Positions 34,414 to 44,353 of a stretch of DNA of 64,000 bases are shown here, in pieces (position 1 is the first letter of the stretch; each line of letters opens with the position of its first letter). The stretch covers positions 1,178,001 to 1,242,000 of the forward strand of contig NW_027191452.1 of assembly GCF_011745625.1 (NCBI RefSeq). The letters are read 5' to 3'. The notes under the pieces are model-generated. The model worked only from the letters and a program-made list of their open reading frames with translations, was not told the DNA's origin and did not search any database. The stretch comes from Cladosporium halotolerans. Taxonomy: Eukaryota. The position numbers were made by a program, and so were the translations under genes.

Positions 34414-35778
34414 ATGCTCACCAAAGACTCACCCGTTATAATAGTCGGAGGCGGAGCATGGGGCCTTTCGACGGCACTTCACATGACCGACGCAGGCCAC
34501 ACCAACATCACCGTCTACGAGCGCGCCGAACAGATCCCCTCGCCGTATTCCGCAGCCTGGGACATCAACAAGATCGTCCGCGCAGAATACGAAGACCCTT
34601 TCTACACCAAGCTGGCACTTGTAAGCGATGATTCCCCACCTCCAGCAGAACAAGAAGCAAAATCTGATCCAAACCCACAGGAAGCAATCCGCGGATGGAA
34701 AACGCCCCTCTTCGGCCCCTACTTCCACCAGACCGGCTACGTCGTGGCCACGACCGGCCGCGCCCCGGCGAAGGCTGTCGAGCACCTGGAGAAAGCCCTG
34801 CTCTCAGTGCAAGCTGACCCGGCGTTCGCGCCCGGCATCAAACGCCTCTCGGGCGCCGCGGACTTCAGAGACTACACGTGGCAGTACTCGGGCCCGCTGA
34901 GCGGGTTCAAGGGCTACTGGAACCGGCTGGCGGGCTATGCGCACTCTGCTGATGCGCTGAGGGGTGTCTGGGAGCACTGCGCGAGGCGGGGCGTGAGGTT
35001 TGTGCTTGGGGAGGAGGCGGGGAGGGTGGAGAGGATGGTCTACCAGGGCAGGAAGTGCACTGGTGTTGCAACTGCGGATGGTCAGACGCATGAGGCGGAG
35101 TTGGTGATATGCGCGCTTGGCGCTCACGGCGCGAGCCTGCTGCCTGATTTGGGGAAGTTTGTTGTTGGGCGGTGTTGGTCGGTGGCGCATGTGCAGCTGA
35201 GCGAGGAGGAGACGAATTTCCTTCGCGGCATTCCGACGACGAATGTGAGGGATTTGGGCTTCTTTTTCGAGCCGGATCCGAAGACGCGCTTGTTCAAGCT
35301 GTGTCCACTCGGTGTTGGCTACACGAATACAAGATCGGATGGCGTCTCTTTACCGCCGCCGGATCGCTTACCGCCGCCGCAAGACTTCATCCCGGCCGAG
35401 GACGAGAAGAAGTTGAGGCAGCTGCTTCGGGAAACGTTTCCCTGGATGGCGGAACGGCCGTTCGTCGAGCAGAAGCTCTGCTGGTTCGCCGACACTGCGG
35501 ACTCAGAGTACTGCATCGACTACGTGCCGGGAACGGACAATTCTGTTGTCGTACTGTCTGGCGACTCGGGTCATGGATTCAAAATGATGCCCGTCTTCGG
35601 CAAGTGGGTGGTCGATCTCGTTGAACAAGGGAAACAGAGCCTGGCCCGCTGGCAGTGGAAGAGTCCCGACAAGGCCGACACTAACTGGGGCGATTCTGTA
35701 AGCTGGCGCATTGGGAAGGGTGCCGAGTTGAGAGATCTCCTAGAGGCGAAGGACAAGCTAGTTCGCGCGCGCTTGTAG
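34414..35778 (+). CDS. FAD-dependent amine oxidase of the sarcosine/L-pipecolate/fructosyl-amino-acid oxidase family, probably peroxisomal (intron 34621-34680)
   Basis: VGGGAWGLSTA dinucleotide-binding motif, SAAWDINKIVR, CWFADT (candidate covalent FAD Cys), GDSGHGFKMMPVFG; C-terminal -ARL matches PTS1. Confidence 0.9.
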   Translation: MLTKDSPVIIVGGGAWGLSTALHMTDAGHTNITVYERAEQIPSPYSAAWDINKIVRAEYEDPFYTKLALVSDDSPPPAEQEAKSDPNPQEAIRGWKTPLFGPYFHQTGYVVATTGRAPAKAVEHLEKALLSVQADPAFAPGIKRLSGAADFRDYTWQYSGPLSGFKGYWNRLAGYAHSADALRGVWEHCARRGVRFVLGEEAGRVERMVYQGRKCTGVATADGQTHEAELVICALGAHGASLLPDLGKFVVGRCWSVAHVQLSEEETNFLRGIPTTNVRDLGFFFEPDPKTRLFKLCPLGVGYTNTRSDGVSLPPPDRLPPPQDFIPAEDEKKLRQLLRETFPWMAERPFVEQKLCWFADTADSEYCIDYVPGTDNSVVVLSGDSGHGFKMMPVFGKWVVDLVEQGKQSLARWQWKSPDKADTNWGDSVSWRIGKGAELRDLLEAKDKLVRARL

Positions 35779-37514
35779 GTGTGTCCCTTGGTAGGCTCAG
35801 AGTAGGCGTCGAAAAGGTCCAATAGTGAGATACCGTAATGCCCTCTTCGGACCGTTCGCCGTAACCCAAAAAAAAGTATAGCTGCAGAGCTTGCCGTGCT
35901 TCGAGAATCACCGGGACCTCTTCCATTAGCGCAGCCACAGGGAGCCTTATCGCGCGGCTCTACAGATTGTCCGACCGAGGACTTACAACGTCATGCCGCC
36001 GATCAGAGGATGTGAGCGACGAACGCCCACCACGTGCCTTCTCCTCTGGGACCCCACCTGCCGGCATTACAAATTCGGAAAACGACTGGAAGATCGTGTC
36101 AAGCGTCCATAGATGCATTTCAGCCCCACGCTTGCAACTCCTGCACGATAGGGCACGGGCAATATAAGACTTGGTCTAAGACAGTCTCGACGATGTCTCG
36201 TCCCTGAAGCTTGTACAGTACAGGGGCACTCATAGAAGCACAGAAGGATCCCAAGGAGGAGTGGACACCCGGTGTGCCGCTGACGGTTGAAAGGGCGCGA
36301 AGGGGCGATTTGGGCGACAATCGCAGCACCCCGGAATCTGCGTGCCGATCGTCGGCCTTACTGTGCCCCACGCAGCGGAAAGGAAGACTCGCCATTTGCG
36401 CGCGGCCAGACTCTCGGCCGGTGACGAAAGTCTGCCGGGAGGCCAGGCCTGGTACCCTTGCAGAGTCATGCAGAGGAGCCTGAGGGTGCCGCTTGACTCG
36501 CCACCGTCAGCTGGACTTTCGGCGACGGCGAGCGCTGGATGCGTGCAGAGTTTTGAGGCGGATGTGCCTCCCATGTGTCGACGGAGCGATGTGTGGCGTG
36601 GCACGGCGCACGACGCGCGAGAAGCAGAGGCAGAGGCAGAGCCCTGTCTTGCCGGGCGGGTGTTCCTGGCTCTGAAAGCTCACACGGCGGCACGCAAGGC
36701 AAGCGGTGCCCCCAGCGCCGCAACATGCGACTGCACGACTGCATCATCGGGCGGGCAGCAGTGGTGGAGGGCGGCGATGGTGGGTGGGACCAGACGTTCT
36801 CGAAGGACGGCGGCATGGGCGGCCGGTGCTACTGCTGCTACTGCGCCATCGCGGTGGGCGAATGGCGGATGCCTGGCGCGGATGGCTGCCTCAGCCGGCG
36901 CTGCACGGGCGCTAGCGCGGGCTCGCCGGGCGATCTGGACGGCTCTCGCAGACGACGCTGCCACCCTGCGCCTTGCGCTGCTGCGCCTGGGCGTCGAGCG
37001 CCCGGCGGCGAGTGCAACAACACGAGCGCCAGTCGGTCCGCAGGGAGGCAGGCGGCGAGGCAGGCGGCGTGTCAGGCTGCGAGCATCGCTGCCCCAGGCC
37101 GGCCAGTCACGCCTCGCTCGTCCATCCCTGTCGCCGCTTCATCTCAACTGTCTCGTGTGTCTCACGTCTCCTGCCGCCGGCGCGGCCAAGCGTCCACCCT
37201 CCACGCCGTCTGGCCCCTCACGCCGTTGGCCCACCCACCCGTGCCACCACCACCGTGCGCCATTCCACACTACCGTGACTACCTTCATCCTGGCTCCTCT
37301 CTTTAAAGTTGCCCGCCCGCCGTGTCCTGCAGCTGCGCGGCCCGCCTGTCAATCCCACGACAATCCCATCCCACCTCCACGCAGATCGGCATTCCCATCC
37401 TCTCTTTCATGCCACACCTCACATAAACCACCACCGCCGCCAGCCACCTGCGCACAGCTCACTCCAGAGCACCGTCTGAACATCCCCGCACACACTACCT
37501 ACACAACCACCACC

Positions 37515-38276
37515 ATGTTCGACGAAAACTTCACCTTCTCGCGCTCGCCCTCGTGGGCCAGCACCGACACCTCCCACACCCGCGAGCCCTCGCGCTCCGT
37601 CTCGCCCTGCTCGCCCACCTTCTCCCTCCCACCACCGCAAGGCTACTCCGTCACCGACCTCGCCGCCGACCTCGACCGCCAGCGCATCCGCCCGGACGCC
37701 CGCATCTGCTACCAGTCCTGCCACTCCTACGCCAACACCACCGACGACGACTCCGCCTGGGCCATCCCGCCCAGCGGCTCCGACTCCGAAGGCGACGCGA
37801 CCTACTACAACTCCAGCCGGCGCCGCACAGCCAGCAGCACAACCCTCTCGCGCTCGCGAACGGGCCCCGCGCGCTCCTACTCGCCCACGCGCCGCGCCGC
37901 GCGCCAGAGCGGCACCCGCATGCTGTGCGCCTCGGGCGCGCACGCGAAGGACATCGCCGCGCTCGTCGCGCGCATGGTCTCGGCCTCCGACCAGTGCTCC
38001 GTGGCCGCGCCGCCGGACAGCCTGCCGCGCGCCGCCGCCGAAGCCGAGGAAGCGGACGACGAGGGCTACAACTCCGCCGGCGGCGAGGAGGCCGGGTCGG
38101 CGTGCTCGTCGCGGCGCAACACGCTGTCGAAGCGCAATTTGGACTATAGGCGGGCGCTGGATTCGAGGACCGGGACGGGCGCGGCGGCGATCTCGAAAGA
38201 CATCCGGTTCCGCGGCGCGAAAGACAAGGGCCACAGGCGGCATAGGAGTTCGGGGGAGAAGGGCGGCGTCGCGTGA
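37515..38276 (+). CDS. Hypothetical Ser/Arg-rich fungal protein (253 aa)
   Basis: Strong Kozak context caccATG; marked GC3 codon bias; MFDENFTFS...SVTDLAADLDRQRI...DIAALVARMV...DQC; family not recognised. Confidence 0.7.
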   Translation: MFDENFTFSRSPSWASTDTSHTREPSRSVSPCSPTFSLPPPQGYSVTDLAADLDRQRIRPDARICYQSCHSYANTTDDDSAWAIPPSGSDSEGDATYYNSSRRRTASSTTLSRSRTGPARSYSPTRRAARQSGTRMLCASGAHAKDIAALVARMVSASDQCSVAAPPDSLPRAAAEAEEADDEGYNSAGGEEAGSACSSRRNTLSKRNLDYRRALDSRTGTGAAAISKDIRFRGAKDKGHRRHRSSGEKGGVA

Positions 38277-39030
38277 AGTCGTGGTCTCGCGATGAACGCC
38301 ACGACCTGACGAATCTCCTTTGAACTCTTGACTCTAACGTGGAATGATGACTTATGGGTAGCGAAGGCGCTGGGGGAGTTTTGCTTGTTTTTTTTTGTTT
38401 TGTTTTTATATCTGTTGCCTATTTGCAACCCCTGTCTCTGGTTGCGAGAAGAGTTCACCACACAGCCGCGCCGAACCCTCAAGAGGGCGGCTGAGCGCGG
38501 CTACACTAGATTCTTCGTAGATTGTACATATCGAATCTCACCAGCCTCTCCTGTGTACCTGTTGCCACAGGCTGCGGAGAGGGATTTTCGAACGCCACTG
38601 TTTCCTCCAGACCCCTCTTCACGTTTCTCCCTGGTTGGTCGTGTGAAAAATCGCCACGTGTGTTGCAGCATCCAGGCGTGCAGAGGTTGGTCGTTGCGAG
38701 TCCAGATTCGTTTCGGCCCTGTTTAATCCCTTCCGCGTAGGATCATTCGTCGTACAACTCCATTCCGCACCGGGTCTGATTCGCGTCTCCGCTAGTCTTG
38801 GGCGATGGCTTTCGTCCGGTGCGCATCCGGCAGAGTGGCTTCTCCCCGGCGGAGCCCCATATCAGAACGCCGCATCTGCTCGCCCCGTCCAGTCTTGCGC
38901 CGGAAGCCTAAGAGGTCCACCACGAAATGTGCTTCCTCTCGCCTGATAAGCCACGGACACAACGCCCAGCTGTCAAGCACACCTTGATTCCCTTCCTTGC
39001 ATCTTTCCTCGTCCTTTTCTCATTCACCCT

Positions 39031-39786
39031 TCAATCGACCCCACCCCTCGCCCCCTCCTCCCAAACCTCCGCCAACGTCCTCCCCTCCCGCCGCGCCCTC
39101 TCCTTCTGCACAATCCGATCCGGCTTCTCGCCCTTCCGCCAGTCCCAGCAGCTCAGCCCCACCGTCGGCACCCGCCGCGCCAGGTCCTGCTGGATCACGC
39201 TCTTGCCGTCCACCGCGAAGCGCCCGTGGTACTCGCTGCGGTCGATCGCGTCGCGGAAGGAGGTGTACGTCGGTTTCGCGGTGAGCTGGAAGATGCGGGA
39301 GGGCTGTGGGGTTGGGGCTTGCGTGGGCGCGAGGAAGGGGAGGGAGGGCGAGGCGCGGGGTGGGCGTGGGAGGGAGCTCGTCGAGAGGGAGCGGGTGGCG
39401 GGCATGCCGAAGGGGCCTTTGGGCGCGGCGGGAGGAGGAGGAGGGGAGGATCGTCTGGTCGGTCGCGGGGTGGGTGCCGGCGCGGGGGCGAGGTGTTCTT
39501 GTGCGTCGACGGCGAGGTTGGTTTCTTCAGGCTCGGGCTCGGGCCCGAAGTGGAAGCGGATCGGGCTGCGCTTGAGGCAGGCCTGCGCGGCGGCCTCTTC
39601 GCGGAAGATCACCAGGCTGGCGTTCGGGTGCGGGTGCGTGTCGTACTTGAGGTTCTTGAAGTACTCGACTTCGCCGAATTGTGAGAGCAGGCGGAGCACT
39701 TCGCGCGATTCGTTGATGCTGGAGGGCCGGGGGAAGAGGCGGAGGTGCACCGCGCGACCGGCGGTCGAGCGGGCGAGAGAGGCCAT
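39031..39786 (-). CDS. Hypothetical protein with degenerate RRM-like N-terminal fold, possibly mitochondrial
   Basis: gccATG start; RAVHLRLFPRPSSINESREVLRLLSQFGEVEYFKNL...ASLVIFREEAAAQ resembles the RNP2/RNP1 arrangement; coding-like codon bias. Confidence 0.65.
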   Translation of the reverse strand: MASLARSTAGRAVHLRLFPRPSSINESREVLRLLSQFGEVEYFKNLKYDTHPHPNASLVIFREEAAAQACLKRSPIRFHFGPEPEPEETNLAVDAQEHLAPAPAPTPRPTRRSSPPPPPAAPKGPFGMPATRSLSTSSLPRPPRASPSLPFLAPTQAPTPQPSRIFQLTAKPTYTSFRDAIDRSEYHGRFAVDGKSVIQQDLARRVPTVGLSCWDWRKGEKPDRIVQKERARREGRTLAEVWEEGARGGVD

Positions 39787-40600
39787 GGCGGGTGCTCGAG
39801 GGATGGAAATGGTTGCGATGGCCTTCAATGGAATTCATGCACGTCTGAAATGCAGGCCGAAGCACGCGGCTCAAAGGCCGAGGCGGGATGCGGGGTGCGC
39901 GTCGTGCTGCGTTGTACGCAGTTGGTAGACTGCCTCATTCCATCCCGGTTGGCCACCGCCCTGCGATCACGATGCTTGGGTACTATCTCCGATCAAGTTA
40001 CCTTGCTCAATTCGCAGTGACATTAGACGTAACCCAGGCGAAGCTTCGATGGATTGACGACAAAGAAGACCAGCCGTAAAAGCTTTCGAAATGGAGGCTA
40101 CGTACTTCGTGAGAAACCGCTACATGATCCCACAATCGAGGCCAACAGGTCCTTAAAATGACACAACCAAGGGCTTGAGACTACATGGACGTGCTTTGAT
40201 AGGCTGTCACTCCAAGCTGAGCCATTGATGGCAAACGGAAATTTCACAATGGTGCTGGGCGGCGATATCTCTCGCCGCTTACCTTTTCGTGACTATAGAG
40301 TCTTCACGATCAAGCATCAGCAACTGCTTTTGGTACAGCACCACCGAGTCACCACGCCAAAGCGAACAAGACACAAGTGTTCTTTGCTAGCGGTAAGGTC
40401 ACCAATTGCCAGGGTAGGTATGGGAAAACAATGGAGTTCGTTCAAGAAACAAACGATGCCGGATGCGGCGATGTCCGACATACAACAAAGCCATGTCAAC
40501 ATGGCTTCCCTGATATCTCCTGCGTTGCCATCCTAGATGACTATAACCCAGAAAAATATCAAGAGATCCCAAACACGTGGCTCAACAGCTCACGATCATC

Positions 40601-42936
40601 ATGGCGGAAGCAAAGAGGCAGGCTTTTATCCTGTTTGAGTTGGAAGCAGCATCTGGTCTGAGACCCATAGGTCCGCGTTCCCATCAATTCCGACCTGACT
40701 CATATGCCTCAGTGCTAACAGATCAAAGATGTCATGCGAGATGCCGCCGAGAGATATGACTCTTGGAGCGAAGAAAAGCAAGACGAGATGTCCGCGGCCT
40801 GCATGGCAGTCAACGCCGCCCGGATAGACCTTCACACCGCTAGCAACCGTGTGCTGGACGAGTTACCAGCAGCCCCAACCCGCAAGCAGATTGAGAATAA
40901 TCGTGCTGGTCTGGCGGCTTGGGCTCGGCGTCATCTGGCAGCTGCGAGCGTCTACGCTGCTGTGAACACGCTTATGGCGGTCCAGAAGCGGCACAAAGTG
41001 AGGCAGACGGACCAGCAAAGGACTGCGAAGTATCAGGAAGGGGTTGCTCGATTGCTCAAAACCCATCAGAAAATGATCGGGGATTTTACTGAGGTCAATC
41101 GTCATGAGCCGGCACTGGCGAAGGGCAATGGGTGGTTTGGAGGTGTTTATGTCGGTGGAGGCACATTTGGGTACGTTCAGCGCTTCATACAATCCGAGAA
41201 ACTGTCCGCTGACTGATGGTCTTCGCGTCGAGCAGGAGCGCATACTTGTGGATCAAACAAAACGAGCACGGCAGAATTATGAACAGGGTCCTGGTCAAAG
41301 ATGCTGATTACACCGGCTTGCAGTCAATCGACTGCGCATGGACGAGGGACTCAAACGGCCGACGACTGCCAACAGAAATAAAGAGCATGTTTGATCTTCG
41401 AGCCCGACAGTGCGACTACATCGTCAAGATCCTCAATTGGCGCGTCCTAGTGCAGGAATACGAACAAACTCTGCACCGCTTGTATATGGAATACCTGCCC
41501 CTAGGAGACATGTACCCATTCATTTGCTCACTCGACGAAAGAGACGAGGTCTGGTATCCGGAGCCTTTCCTGTGGCATGTCTTCGAATGCCTGGCGATCG
41601 CGGGCTTGGTCATGGAGCGCGGTGAAATGCGGGAGAATCCAATGAGCGACTGGGTCCCGATCGTCCACCGCGACATGAAGCTCTCGAACACTTTCCTCGG
41701 CTTGCCCGACAGAAACCGCTTCAGCCGGTATCCGACGCCCAAAATCGGCGATTTCGGCGCCGCGGTCTACGTGCCTGAACCCAACGACAAACCTGCCGAC
41801 TACTACAACGTCGCAGGCACGGTCGAGAATTACGGGGTGGAGCAGAATTACCGTCTTACAAATTGGAGGGTCTCGTCAAAGAGCAACGTCTGGGGCGTCG
41901 CGAACATCGTTGGATCGCTGATTTGGAAGACCGAGGGCTGCGAAAATCTGACCTACGAACAGGCGCAACCCGAAGACCCCGACGAGCCCGAGGCGCTTAA
42001 AGAGCCGCACTTCAGCGATCTGCAAAGGGAGAAGTACAGCGAAGAACTTCTGAACCTCATTGAGAGTTGTATGGCTTACGACCCGGACGACCGGCCTGAC
42101 TTCTCTGCTGTCCTGCGCCGCACCCGTCGCTACATGGCTTCTCGCCCGGATGATGGATCAGACAAACTGCCACCGCGTTTGGACCGCGGTCTCCGATTCG
42201 AGCCGGCCAGCAGTGACAAGTGGGCAGACTTTTTGTTAGACTTGGTGTTCACAGACAAGGTGAGGGTCGAAGCTGTTTGTTTGATCGACAGCATCTAACA
42301 TGAAAACAGTTTCCAATCACCGCGCCGGAAGGCTCGGGTCCTGACGATCTATTGGACGAGGACATAGGAGGTCCCTTTGGAACTCAGGCAGGATCATCCG
42401 ACGACGACAACGACAACGATGATGATAACGACAACCCTCGTCCTGCTCCGCAGCCAACCACCGGTGGCAAGAAACTCAAGTTAAAGATGCCACCCCGCCC
42501 AGGTGGAAATCAACCCCAAGTGAGGCCAGTTTACGGGTCGAAGAAACCTCCGCAACCGCCACCTGCCCAAGAAGACCGCCCTTCACCAGTCAGGAATCCG
42601 CCGCCGGAACCAGCCGCCCAAGGAGACCGTGCCTCGCCACGCAGGGCATCACCACGTAGAGCGTCGCCAACCAGAGTGGAACCAGCTGGCCAAGCACCCC
42701 GCCCTTCACCCAGGGCATCGCCACCACCGGCAGGCCCAGCTGCGCAAGAAGAGCACCCTTCACCCCAAAGGGAGCCGCCTCCGGCAGCACAACCAACGGC
42801 CGCCCTCACGAAGCGTAAGAGAGAGCCAAAACCCGTTGGGGAAGCAGCAGCAGCGCCGAAAAAGCCCAAGAGAGAGCCAAAACCCGTCGAGCAAACAGCA
42901 GCAGCGACTCGGCCCAGGAGATATCCCAAGGCTTGA
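40601..42936 (+). CDS. Divergent Ser/Thr protein kinase with Pro/Arg-rich repetitive tail, 4 exons (introns about 40671-40728, 41171-41234, 42260-42309)
   Basis: Spliced Gly loop GGGTFGSAYLW, VLVKD Lys, HRDMKLSN, KIGDFG, SNVWG, CMAYDPDDRP; exon 1 is less certain because it needs an AAG acceptor. Confidence 0.8.
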
Positions 42937-43117
42937 TGGAGCGGCTCTGTCTCGCTTGTTCCGTACGTGGGTGAAGTGGCCCGGCCGAAACGCCTGATCA
43001 AGTCGTCACTCGGCGAGTAGGCAAATAGCGCATGGATGAAGGGCCGGTGGTAGATTTTGTCTCGAGTTGATCGATGATGGACCAGTTTGTTCTCCTATAT
43101 CAGCCTTTTTGCTCTAC

Positions 43118-43773
43118 CTAGATAGATAATTTCGTCTTAATCAAGATCTCCACCACAACAAATCTCAGACCCGCCTCGGTGAGCTCGAGCGGAACCGCCT
43201 CACATTCCCGCAGAGCATCGCATAGGACCTCATGCATTTCAGCTCGAGTGACTTCTGCTACTGCGGACTGGAAGTGAAGTTTTGCAAAGGAGGGCGAGTC
43301 TGGGGCTCGAAGACTGACGCTCCCGCGCCACGAGGCGGGCTCCCGGCGCATGTGGAAGAGGACCCCGAAGGCGAACGATTGGTAGTAACCTTATAGACAG
43401 AGCCGGGAACGAGCAGGGTGAAGCCTTGGATACGGAGGCTGGTGACGTGCCGCAGTAGACCGCCCGGGATCGCGCTGAGGTCGGACTCGAGTGTTGTGGC
43501 TTCTAGGATGGCGAGGGTGAACTCGCGCGAGAAGTGTTCACGTCTAGCTCTGCGATACAGGCATTGGCTTCCTTAGTGGGTTCTTTGGCATGTAGTGGAG
43601 AGGTTGTTCGTGGGAGGCTCCGTGGCTTTGAGGTTGATGGGTTCGTCTGAGCTGTTCTTGACGGCGAACACCAGCCAGTAGATCTCGTTGCGCAGCTCGG
43701 CGGACAGTGAGAAGAGCGGGCACTTTTGCTGCGTCTGCCATACCATTGAGGGGAGCATAGCTGTGGGAGACAT
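43118..43773 (-). pseudogene. Disrupted member of the fungal F-box-like 'SPLxxLxxELRNxIY' family
   Basis: CPLFSLSAELRNEIYWLVF...TTCQRTH*GSQCLYRRARREHF with in-frame TAA at 43573-43575, and an apparent frameshift before the last segment (43351-43118). Confidence 0.6.
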
Positions 43774-44353
43774 CGTAGCTAAGGGACTAAACGGATCTCC
43801 GCTGAACAAAGTCACGTCGTGTGAATCCAAGTTTATTGATTACCTTATTGAAGCTCAGTATCGATCCTCAATCTTTTGCAGCACGGTACCTATTAATACC
43901 TAGGTGCAACGAAGCATCGAAGTCGCAGCGCCCAATCTAGAGGCGTGGTTGATACCCAACTAATCGGACCGTCTTATCACCTGTGTTGGGCACCATGCCA
44001 GCTAGTGAACCGAAAGCTGAACTGGCAGTCTTTGAAGGCACATCGACTGGTTCGGAGTAAAGAGTATCGATACCTGCATCGAAATCCGCCAAATCTCCAT
44101 TCAACCCGCACGAGGCGGCGCTGAGCCTTCCATTCCATATGTACACGCGCGAGACAAGCAAGGTACCCAAATCGCTCAGGCCCTGCACCCCGACTGACAC
44201 GCCTCCGTCGCTGCGTCTACCCGAACCTGAACCACCCAGCGAAAAGAAAAAGCACGAGACTCCCAAACGGTTTATGATCCCTGCCGAGCGACGCCTCCTC
44301 CAAAACTCCAATACGGGGGAAATCATGCGTACCTTGAGCTGTCGACGTCCGCC

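Noticed and set aside
36342..37514. 391-codon stop-free in-frame extension upstream of the 37515 ATG
   Set aside because: Very GC-rich low-complexity promoter/UTR-like sequence with no codon bias or motifs; the downstream caccATG is the convincing start
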